Below, in pieces: positions 25,721 through 36,503 of a DNA stretch of 46,609 nucleotides. Every line of letters begins with the position of its first letter. Positions within the stretch are counted from its first letter, which is position 1. The notes beneath the pieces are model-generated. The model searched no databases, was not told the DNA's origin, and saw nothing but the letters and a program-made list of their open reading frames with translations. The position numbers were made by a program, and so were the translations under genes. This DNA is from Octopus bimaculoides (lineage: Eukaryota): NCBI RefSeq assembly GCF_001194135.2, contig NC_069000.1:47435488-47482096 (forward strand), given 5' to 3'.

Positions 25721-25780
25721 GGTCAGGGTCAGGGTCAGAGTTAGGGTCAGGATTAGGATTAGGGTCAGGGTCAGGGTTAT
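25721..25780 (+). repeat. Interstitial telomere-like hexamer array (TCAGGG/TTAGGG/TTAGGA variants)
   Basis: ggtcag ggtcag ggtcag agttag ggtcag gattag gattag ggtcag ggtcag ggttat: ten hexamers, six GGG runs. Confidence 0.75.
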
Positions 25781-26057
25781 AATGGCATAGTTTTTTATTC
25801 TTTTACTTGTTTCAGTCATGTGACTGCAGCCATGCTGGGGCACCATCTTTACTCGAACGAATTGACCCCCAGGATTCATTCCTTGTCAGCCTAGTAATGA
25901 ACCACTAAGTTATGGGGATGTAAACACAGCAACATCGGTTGTCAAGTGATGGTGTGAGTACAAACACACACACACACACATAAATATACACATATATACA
26001 ACACTTTTCTTTCAGTTTCTGTGTACGAAATCCACTCACAAGGCTTTGGTCAGCCTG

Positions 26058-26393
26058 TATATATACATACATACATACATACATATATATATATATATAC
26101 ATACATATACATATATACATATATACACACACACATATATATATATACATACATACACACACACATATATATACATACATACACACATATATATACATAC
26201 ATACACACACATATATATACATACATACACACACATATATATACATACATACACACACANNNNNNNNNNNNNNNNNNNNNNNNNNNNNNNNNNNNNNNNN
26301 NNNNNNNNNNNNNNNNNNNNNNNNNNNNNNNNNNNNNNNNNNNNNNNNNNNNNNNNNNNNNNNNNNNNNNNNNNNNNNNNNNNNNNNNNNNNN

Positions 26394-26448
<55 letters not shown>

Positions 26449-26550
26449 CTTACATATACATATATATATATACACACACACACTTATTTATACATATATA
26501 TATATATACACACACACACACATATGTACACATATAAACATACATATATG
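26058..26550. repeat. Compound (TA)/(TACA)/(CA) microsatellite spanning a gap
   Basis: Source of the HTYI/MCVY ORFs. Many other simple repeats are present, e.g. (AT)n 1-32, (CA)n 439-495, (GTA)n 7536-7566, (GT)n 43279-43325. Confidence 0.95.
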
Positions 26551-26656
26551 AAGAATAATACTTAAGATTTCGTAAATAGTATTAATTAACATTTCTCCAA
26601 ATAACATGCCTATAAAATACTTACATTAATAGACTTACTGATACACTATAGAGACG

Positions 26657-26739
26657 AACCACCTGTTGTCCGGAATGGAATTGACCAAAGTCCAACCATG
26701 AATATAATTGGTCAGTCCCATTACGGACAACAGGTGGTT
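26657..26739 (+). ncRNA. Pre-miRNA-like hairpin (or tiny MITE) in an intron of the receptor gene
   Basis: 32-bp inverted repeat: aaccacctgttgtccggaatggaattgaccaa pairs with ttggtcagtcccattacggacaacaggtggtt (2 mismatches, 1 G:U), with a 19-nt loop. The structure is seen directly; RNA function is not shown. Confidence 0.35.
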
Positions 26740-27402
26740 GGGTGGCTTTTAAGCTAGCTCCCATGAAGGTCTCTTCATTGGGCCTTGGGCCCAACAATGA
26801 CACTTCATGCTTTGAATGCATATTAAATTTTGTTAAACTACAAAATATTTTCCAAGCAAAGAACAATTTTCATCAAAACAATGATATAATTTGTCAACTT
26901 GGAACTTATTGCAAAGCTGCATAATAAACCACAGTACCACCACCATCGCCACCACATCTGTTATACACACACCATTCAGACTTCTGACACCACCGCCATC
27001 AATACCTTTCACTTCACCACTTTGCCCTCCATTACCATCACCACTGTCTTTCACATCACTTACTCTCACTTCATCTCTCACCTCCTCAGCTGACTTCTAG
27101 TAGTATGTATGTCTCCTGACAGTGAACACATCTTTCACTGAACGTTCATTCATGTACAGTAACAGCAGACATGCCTTTGAACACTGAACTTGTCTTCTGA
27201 TGGTGAACATTATCTTTTGTTAATGAACTTCCAAAAGATATGAATTCATTTTCATGTATTACTTATTTATGAAAGATAAAATATTGTGTCACAATTAACA
27301 GAGAGTTAGTGATATGTTTTAAAATTCATGTCATCTCATTTGTTTCTTTCTATAATTTCCTTTCTTCTTTTAATTTTTGCTTTTGCTTTTTTCATTTGGT
27401 AG

Positions 27403-27714
27403 ATGTTAAGAGTGAAAAAGAACATGTCTGTTCAGGCAAGACAAATTCCAGAGATTTAGAAGACCAAATCTTCCTTGTTACACCACCTAATATGAAAACT
27501 ACTACAAGATGTAATTGGAGGTTGAAGACTCTCACCAATGGAGTATTGATACTGTATGTCCTCAATGCCTCTGACACCAGTCTTTTAACAATTCATCATC
27601 TTAATTCTAATAAACAAAAACAGTTACATCGAGCTTTTGTCATCAATGTCACAGCAAATGAAGCAATAGACCTAACTATCAATCCTATGTCACCGACTTG
27701 GTTAGTAGCAAAAT
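27403..27714 (+). CDS. Receptor gene exon: CUB-like domain
   Basis: Polypyrimidine acceptor ttttttcatttggtag, donor AAT|gtaagt; 312 nt, phase 1-1, in frame with neighbouring exons. DVKSEKEHVCSGK..IFLVTPPNMKTTTRCNWRLKTLTNGVLILYVLNAS..VINVTANEAIDLTINPMSPTWLVAK shows the CUB-like C...(S/T)P...CxWxL pattern and NAS/NVT sequons. Confidence 0.85.
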
Positions 27715-29190
27715 GTAAGTGCACTTTGTCCTAATATCTTTAAAACTGACCTGGTTACTGTTACTTTGTCCTAATATTTTGGAAACTGATTGAGTCACTG
27801 TTTGGTTCCAATTGAGCAGACATGATGAAGCAGTGACCATCCCCTTTTTTAAGGACTCGTCCATATTGGAATACATTATCTAATGTAACCTAGGTGGTAG
27901 TTGCTCATATCAAGGGTGCCTCACTGTATGTTTAGAGGGGTTGTGACTTCTTAGAAATGAAATGTTTGAACCAGTTATGATATTTATAGTTGAAACCTGT
28001 TTTCAAAAGAAATCTTTGTTGGGATTACAATGTAAGAAAGGAGGACATTCTGTTATCAGTGAATAGAAACATGACTGATGATGTAGCAAGGTCCAATAGA
28101 ATTCCATTCTAGAAGTCCTCACCTTCTTTAGTAATTCAACGTGGACAGCCACAGTCAACACAAATGTTTATATATATAGGAGGTCAGTGTCTTATGAGGT
28201 GGGCCCTATCTGAGCAGGACCAGACCAAACATGTTCCAGCCATGAACATTTCATTTATTCCCCTTTTTGTACACCAAGAACAACATTGTCTCAAGTCCTT
28301 CTTGTTTTCAGATACTAAGAGAATTTAGTTGTTATTTCTAGCAAGTCAAATGGCAGCATAGAGACTTACTTGTTTAAGATGCAGGGAAGTCACAGAGTGA
28401 TGTGGTTGTGGCCAGAAAAAATTATATAGAAGGTGGGAGGGAGCGGCTTTAGGTGACTGTGAAGTATCAACAGAGGTGGTTGTATTGGTTGAATTGCTGC
28501 CTGTTCAGCCCGAGGTCATTTCTTATCCAGCAGAAACAAGATCAAAAATGTAGATCCTCAATTTCATGTTATATATATATATCTGGCAATAACGTCAAAG
28601 TGGTTGGGTGGCCTTCATCCTCTACTAGGGGATGGAAATATAACATCTGACTGATATGGCCTTTGATCTTATTGTTATTGTTTAACCCTAGGCTAGCCCC
28701 AATTCCCTGATGAATAAATAATGAGAAATTTGAATTTGAAAAATTGAAATTTTGGGAAAAGACCTAAAGGTTAACATTGCAAAGATCAAGATACCAGTAA
28801 TTGGTTGAGATCCTCTTGACCCAGAGCTTCTAGCATTAAGAAATTACTGTCACTGTTCATACAGTTGGCCGCATGTCAGGGGTAGTGTGACTGAGGGTAG
28901 ACTATAGGGGTCAGTGTAACAATAGGGATTGACAGACAAGATGCAGTCTAGCAATAGGTGTATCCTGATAACTGGCACAAGGCTGTCTTGGTAACACTGG
29001 ATTGCACAAGAACTTGTATAACCATACATTGGTGCCTATCAGAATCATCTGCCGTCTTTTATCCCCTGCAACTATTCACCCTCAACATATAAAACCATCC
29101 AGTCACATACTAACAACTGTTTGATGCCAACCAACTTGCAGACTGCCTTTGGTTTTGGTTTCTTTAAACTCCATTTTGTTCTAATTTCAG

Positions 29191-29304
29191 TGATTCATCA
29201 GAGTGTGAAGGATGTCAGCCTTCAAGATTTTATTTCCTGTCCAGTTTCTGACAAACCTAAAAAAGTTAGAAGCCTTGCAGAAATTTGTCTTGCAACTTTA
29301 GCAG
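29191..29304 (+). CDS. Receptor gene exon: end of ectodomain / juxtamembrane stalk
   Basis: Acceptor ttttgttctaatttcag, donor CAG|gtatga; 114 nt, phase 1-1; LIHQSVKDVSLQDFISCPVSDKPKKVRSLAEICLATLA; keeps the frame. Confidence 0.8.
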
Positions 29305-30940
29305 GTATGATGACCAATTTCTTGGCAAATGGAGCACTCAATACCTCCACAACAGATATTAAAAACTTTTTAAATGCATTCTCATATTTATATTTGTTCC
29401 TATTTTGAATCTTCTGTCAGTCCATTCCATCAAAGAATTGTATAATTCCTCATGATCTGATGTAATGGTACCATGTAGAAAGCACCAGTTGACTTGTAAA
29501 GGGATTGGCAGTTGGAAGGGCTTCTGGCTGTAGAAACCATGCCAAAACAGACAACTGGGACCTGGTGCAGCTCTCTGGTCATGCCAGCTCCTGTCAAACC
29601 GTCCAACCCATGCCAGCATGGAAAATGGATGTTAAATGATGAGGATGATGTGAAATAGAATGGTAGAATGGCAATGTAGCCAGGAGAGAGTAGAGAGAAG
29701 ATGTGAAAAAAACTAGGCAGAAGTTGAATGGAAGTGAAATGGGGTGGATGGGAAGGGCATTGAAGAAGAGAAGCACATGGTACTGGAGTGATTGGGAATT
29801 GTGGGGGGAATGAAGACAGAAAGTGAGCTAACTTAAAATGAAGCATCTTGCTGAAGAAATGACCCCACAACCATCTGAGCTTCTGATAGCAATGGTAAGG
29901 TTTGAACTTAGCACCACAGAAAAACATTAACATGTGTGGGCTACATCTGCCTGGGGTACCTATTTACAGCCAGGTGGACTGGTAAAGATATGAGATCACT
30001 GAGGTGACCCTTGATTGTCTACTTCTTTACTTACCTGGCCAGCTGGAGCTTTCTGTGTGTGTTGCTAATAATTACTTGTATATCAAGCTTATCATCATCA
30101 TCATCATCATCATAATCATCTTTGCTGTATTGAGATATTTGTTAACATTCAAAATATCCCCCCTCCACCATCACCACTACCCCTGCTACTTCATGCTGAA
30201 GCACCAATTTGACATATTTTCTATAATTAGCCCTAATTAATAATCTAGAACCAGCCAGTTAATTGCCGGTGCTAATGATAATCATTGCTGGTTGTCATTT
30301 CTCTTGGAAGAAATATAAAGGAATAGGATGGGGCATGCCTGTGCACTCACTGTTATAGCCCCATGGTGGGACTGGTGTGATGACAAAAGCATCCAGTTAT
30401 AATATATATAAAGGAGTAGGATGGCGGTGGGGAGGTATGCGTGTGTGTGTTGTGTGTGTGTAATAATAGAGGTTCAAACAAATCTCACTTTCAGCTCTTC
30501 ATCAAGCGCATGGCTAACAAGAACCTATAAAAATAGAACAGAGAAGAGGAGACTGGTGAGAGAATAGATGTTTGTTCCATTCGTTTAGAACCGTTTCATA
30601 ATCTTATTAGTTATAGAGTAGATGTTACATCAACATTTACAGACATAAAATATACATATAAACATATATATGCCCGTGTACCCCCCCCCCTATGATGGAC
30701 TCTCCCGTTGTTAGACAATGTATGAGGGTTCAACAATTTCTTACCAAACAACCACACAGATCGTTTGTTTATAGGGATCAAATGTTTGTGTAGACATAAG
30801 CTCACTCCCTCCATCAGAGCAACGTGAAATGAAGTACTTTGCTCAAGAACACAATGCAATGCCTGGTCTGGGAATTGAACCCACGGTCTTGCATTTGTGT
30901 GTGCAACACCCTAACCGCTAAGCCATGCACCTGTGTACAT

Positions 30941-30972
<32 letters not shown>

Positions 30973-30982
30973 NNNNNNNNNN

Positions 30983-31016
<34 letters not shown>

Positions 31017-31727
31017 ATAAAAAGTAACAACAAAAGAATGAGACCTCCATATTAGATAAACAGGGGATTATTTATATATGTTACAATTTAGAACAAGTAG
31101 TAAAAAGTTGTCATTATAGCAGTCGGAGTTTCAAATGTCGGAGCAAAGAGCTACAATGCATTCTCGTTGGCTATTAATGGCAAGAGACGCTATGAAAGAA
31201 AACCGTTGAATAAAAGAGTTATTCTAATAGGTAGGAAAAGTAAAAAAAGAAAAATGATAAAAAATACATGCAACCATATTCTCACAATACATAAACCTCC
31301 AGCGTTCACATGCACATGCGTACATGCACATACAAACATGCATGTACGTAGTCATACATACACACATTTCTCTTATATAAAATAAATAAATTATGTGTGT
31401 TTGTGTAAACCATCTAGGAATCCATAAGTCAGGAAGCAGCTCTATAATATAAATGTTAACAATATCACTTTATGCACATTTCTTGTTTAAACACCAGAAG
31501 CTGCAGTTTTTGTCCAGAGAAAATCCCTTTAAAAATGTACAGAGTTAGAAAACAAGTCTTTAAAGGAAATTTTCTTGGATGCAAAACTGCAGTTTTACGT
31601 TAATCTATTCTCTCTTATTTCAACCCCTCATCCCCTTATCCGAACCATGGACATACATACCCCTACACACACACATGCTGACATGTATATTCTGAGTGAC
31701 CTTTGCCATCAATTTTTCTATTTTCAG

Positions 31728-31803
31728 GCTATAAAATCGCTGTAATTGTGTTATGTTGTGCTGTCCTCATCTTGTTGGCCATCTTGTCAATAATAATCCA
31801 TTG
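31728..31803 (+). CDS. Receptor gene exon: transmembrane helix
   Basis: Acceptor tttttctattttcag, donor TTG|gtgagt; 76 nt, phase 1-2; GYKIAVIVLCCAVLILLAILSIIIH (21 consecutive uncharged, mostly hydrophobic residues). Confidence 0.88.
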
Positions 31804-33262
31804 GTGAGTCCAGTTTTTATTGTATCCCATGGCTGCCACCCTGCAATCTATCCTAGAAAAGGTTGTCTTTGATACAGACAATTGTGAAACCACATTAAAC
31901 CAGTTTTTCTACCCACTCTTGGAGATGATATGGGTGACAAGTGTTGGAGAGTCTTAGAATATGATGGGAGAGCAAATACCTTGATCATAGTTTCATCATA
32001 GAAATAGGAGGAGGATCATATTTATGACCCTACAACTATGAAGTGTCATATTTATGTCTTAGAAATTACGAAAGTCATACTTATGACTATGAGGTGTCAT
32101 ATCAAGACTGTAGGACTATGGGGTGGATGTCTTTTATGAGTTAAGAAGTATTCAGGAGGTGGGAACCATGCAGTGATGTTAGAATATACAAGGGGTTTAT
32201 TCTGTGGCATGGAACTCTAGAAAAAGGCCAGTCTATGACCTTTGAACTCTGCTGGTCAACTTTTGTGGATTTCAGCTCTGCTGAAGCAGGAAGCAAGTTA
32301 TTCTCTAATTATTAAATTAAATGTAATATCAATTAATTGTTTCTCTTCTGTAGTAAATCCTGAACTGTATTTAGATTTGCAGAGAGATGGGCTTCACCAA
32401 GTCTAAAAATGCCTCCAAGGAGGTCCCTTCTGTACCAATAATGTAACTCTTCCAACACTGTCAGGAGTTGAGGGTCCCTGGCCTGGCAGCATTAGTTCTA
32501 TCTGCTCAGTCCACATTATGTAAGCAACCCAGTGCCACACACTCCTGATCATTCACCTAATTCCTTCAGTGTACGACTGACATGTGTACTGAAGGAATGA
32601 GCACAACAAACTCACTGCTCAACAAATTTGTTGCCAAACACACTCATTACTCAACATATTCAGTGCTCAAGGCAACTGCTACTCAAATATGGCTCAATAC
32701 ATTCACACACAGCTCACCACAGTCAATGGACTTGCTGCACAATGCAGTTGTTACTCTTACACCATTAGTGTTCAACACACTCCCACACAATACACTTCCT
32801 ACTCAACACTTTAGCTCTAATGCATTTGCTGCTCAAAACAGCCGATGCTTGTTCAGTGCACTCACTGTTTATCATAAGCACATTCAATAATGTATTTCTA
32901 GATATACTAGAACTACATTATTCAGTGTGTCCTTTCCTTTTTTTAAAACCTTCCCATGTAATCTAAGGGAAATTTGGTTGCAATTTCTTGCAGGTCTAAG
33001 GGGCTGCTTAGAAGCTCCATCTTTGGTTGGCACTGGCTGGTTGTATAGAATAATATTACACTGCACACTTAGAGGTGATTGTTGTAGAGGCTGTTGTAAG
33101 TTAGTGGTAGTTGTGACATCAGTGGTGGTGATTGCAGCGTTGGTGTAAAGAGGATGATGCTGGGACGGTTGATGTTGCTACCCCTACTGCCACCACCTCT
33201 GCAGCAGTAAAATATCCTGCTTCCCCCACACCATCATCTGGTTTCTTCTTCTCTTCCTCCAG

Positions 33263-33376
33263 TTACTGTAAGAAAATCAAGTCTACACAAAGATCTCGAG
33301 ACATGACAGGGAATCGGCCAACATCAACTGTGATTCCATATCAGACGACCCTGATTAATGGCTCCAAGAAGAACAA
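33263..33376 (+). CDS. Receptor gene exon: proximal cytoplasmic tail
   Basis: Acceptor ttcttctcttcctccag, donor CAA|gtaagt; 114 nt, phase 2-2; CYCKKIKSTQRSRDMTGNRPTSTVIPYQTTLINGSKKN, with a basic stop-transfer cluster directly after the TM. Confidence 0.85.
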
Positions 33377-33665
33377 GTAAGTGGAGGTTGACATTGTTAC
33401 AAGTAGTTGCTGGGGGTTGGGGACAACCCTTCTTGAAACTACCTTATTGTGTACATTGGAACTTAATGGGGACATTAACAAAGAGATATTTGTGTGTGTA
33501 TTTATTTACATGAACACAGGGACTGGCAAAGTTGTGAGTTCTAGAAGTTCCCTTGATAGCCATGTGGCTTTTGATGGAGTTCGAGTGCTTGGCACTTTGG
33601 GGCAAATCTTCTAATACATCTATCTCCTGAATGAATTCAGAAGATGGAAACTATACACAGTCTGT

Positions 33666-33701
<36 letters not shown>

Positions 33702-33964
33702 GAGACCCTTGTTGTGATTTCATTCAATGTTTATCAATGAGTGTCACCATCACATAAGCAATGTTCTTCATTTTCAATCTTCCATGGAAACCTGTCTGGC
33801 CATGAAGGAAATATCACAAGGGAAGGTTAGGGGACAAGAACAGCATCAGTGAATTCTGTTTGACCCATGGCAAAGTCGATATCAAAACGATGGTGAATTA
33901 TCTATTTCATTAGCTAATTATTTATTTCTTTGTCTAATTATATATTTTTTGCTTTGCTTTCTAG

Positions 33965-34160
33965 GTTAAATCAATTAAACCACAACGTGTCATCACCCAA
34001 TCATTTCAGAAAAGACAAACACCTGTACGACCACTTAAACCGTTACGACTCATCCTATGCTGTGCGATTTGACCCCAACAAGTCAAAGCAGAACTGGAAA
34101 AGATCTTATGATGATTCTGACTCCGATTCGACCTATGCCACTGTTGGCGAGAACTCGTAG
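33965..34160 (+). CDS. Receptor gene terminal coding exon: Tyr-rich tail with ITIM-consensus motif
   Basis: Acceptor tttgctttgctttctag; phase 2 completes AA|G; KLNQLNHNVSSPNHFRKDKHLYDHLNRYDSSYAVRFDPNKSKQNWKRSYDDSDSDSTYATVGENS-TAG (stop ends 34160). Confidence 0.85.
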
Positions 34161-34391
34161 AAACTATCAAATACAAATTCTTTAAAACTTGCTTTGCTGC
34201 ATTCTGTTTGTTAATCAAGATTCAGGTGTCTCGTCAGTGGAGTTTTATATTTATTAGGTCTCTGCTCCTCACCAAACTCTGCCATCATTCTGTGATTAAT
34301 GATAATGTTCCAGAATTCCATTTAAATATCTTTCTGACACACCATTCAAATGGCCATTGTTATTCTTGTTGTTACTGCTGTTGTTGGCGTC

Positions 34392-34865
34392 AAGGCAGCA
34401 GACTGGCAGAATCGTTAAGAGGCTGGGCGAAATGCTTAGCAGTATTTCGTCTGCTGCTACGATCTGAGTTCAAATTCTACAAAGGTCGACTTTGCCTTTC
34501 ATCCTTTTGGAATCAATGAAATAAGTACCAGTTACGCACTGGGTTCAATGTAATTGACACATCCCATCCCCTGATATTTCTGACCTTCTGCCAAAATTTG
34601 AAATCATTATTACTATTAATAAGGTGGTGAGCTGACAATCATTAGCACACTGGACAAAACACTTAGCAGTATTTCACCTGTCGCTACGTTCTGAGTTCAT
34701 ATTCCGCTGAGGTTGACTTTGCCTTTCATCCGTTGGGGGGGGGGGAGGTCGATGAAATAAGTACCAGTTACATACTAGGGTCGATGTAATTGACTAGCCC
34801 CCTTCCCCCAAATTTCAGGTCTTGTGCCTAGAGTGGAAAAGATTATCATTATCATTATTATTATT
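34392..34865 (+). mobile_element. Two head-to-tail copies of tRNA-derived SINE family A
   Basis: aggc(a/g)g..gctggcagaatcgtta...tctgagttcaaattc..gaggtcgactttgcctttcatcc...ataagtaccag appears at 34392-34605 and 34620-34865. Other copies at about 35208-35385, 11150-11330, 22310-22440 (+) and 1085-1300 (-). Confidence 0.8.
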
Positions 34866-36468
34866 GAAAGCCTTGCACTGCTAGAGTTGGTGCAGCTACC
34901 TCACCAAGGTCTCATGAAGGTTGTGCAGCGTCAGAGAAACTGTTATGAAGACTTCAATGGGTTTAGTGAATGTTGTCAACTTTGGCACTTCTCCCAGAAT
35001 CTTGGAACATTTTTACATTTATTTGTTTTTTGTTGGTTTTTGTTTTTCTCTCTCTCTTTAAACATTCCTTTTTAATTTCCAGAAGGCCAATGGAAGCCAA
35101 CTCCCATGATGAAGGGTTCAAACCCCAGATAGGGAACTGTATCAAACCCATTAGTTTTAATCTTTTTTTGTTATTGTTGTTGTTGTTATTATTATAATTA
35201 TTATTATTAGGGCAGTGGATTTGCAGAATCAGTGAAGCATCAGGAAAAATTCTTTGTGCTATTTTTTCCTATTCATCACATTCTGAGTTCAAAACCCACC
35301 AATATCAATTCCGCTTATCATCCTCCCAAGTGTCAATAGAGTAAGGTACCAGTCACATACTAGGGTCAGTATAATGTAATCCTAGACACACTATACCTGA
35401 AACTGCATCCTTCCAGAAGTGTGTGTGTGTAGGGGGAAAGGGGTTATTAAGATATACCAGTCATATATTGGGGAAAGGGAGAGTCAATATAATTGACCAA
35501 CAGTTCTTGGTACAATTAAAAATTGGTTTCATAAATATTCTGGTGTAGTGTTGGTTCCTTCAGCTGGAAACCAACAACACAGCCTTTAGCTGGTTGATCA
35601 AATTGCTAAAGATAGCAGCCAAACACCCTATTGTCAAAAAGAAAAAAAGAATAAGTCTGAGGATACACGGCGTTTGTGAAATGAAAGATGGGATAGTCAT
35701 AGTTGGAATGTCTTGGGAAAGGAATGACCTACAGCAAATAATCATGCAAAAGTCTTGACAGAAATGGCCAACCGAGTCGAGACCAGAACCATGTAAAAAC
35801 TTCTTACAGAAGCTGCACATCACATTCCTCTTCATCTCTACTTCTTCTTCTCTTCCTCTTTATTCTTTCATACTTCTTTTTTACCTTCTCCTCCTCCTCC
35901 TTCATCAATTACATTGCTTCTCTCTTTCTTTCTCTCTACAAAAACCATTTAACATTCAAAGACTGGTGCTGCCATCTGCCCTATCTCCATTATTTTTCTT
36001 TCTCCCTTAAAGAAAGGCATGACCACCACAACTCCTACTTGCTGCCATCATTCACATCTAATTAACAAGTAATATAATTGCCATCNNNNNNNNNNNNNNN
36101 NNNNNNNNNNNNNNNNNNNNNNNNNNNNNNNNNNNNNNNNNNNNNNNNNNNNNNNNNNNNNNNNNNNNNNNNNNNNNNNNNNNNNNNNNNNNACACCAAC
36201 CATATGTTTGTGTTCCTCATGCTGTCTGGCAAGGTGCCAGTTTCTGTAGCAATGATTGCAGTGAGGTGTTTAGTGAGTTGCAGAGATCCTAAATTATTAC
36301 TGGTACATATTTTTACTGCCTTCACCCCCAGACATTAGAAGTGAAGCAGATGTTGGTGTGATTTGAACTCAGAATCAAAAATGAAGCAGTGACCCAGATA
36401 TTGTATGAAATATTGGGGTCAGCCCATTATCATATTCATCTTGATACAATATGAAGATTAAAGGCCAC

Positions 36469-36503
<35 letters not shown>

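Noticed and set aside
32340-32365. Alternative acceptor (ttctcttctgtag) that would give a tailless isoform ending CKS-stop
   Set aside because: Only a splice-site-like sequence; no donor, poly(A) or expression support is visible.
33132-33262. In-frame Thr/Ala/Pro-rich extension upstream of the 33263 exon (mucin-like stalk)
   Set aside because: It lies downstream of the TM exon, a strong acceptor sits at 33262, and no upstream acceptor or usable phase was found; most likely a chance open intronic frame.
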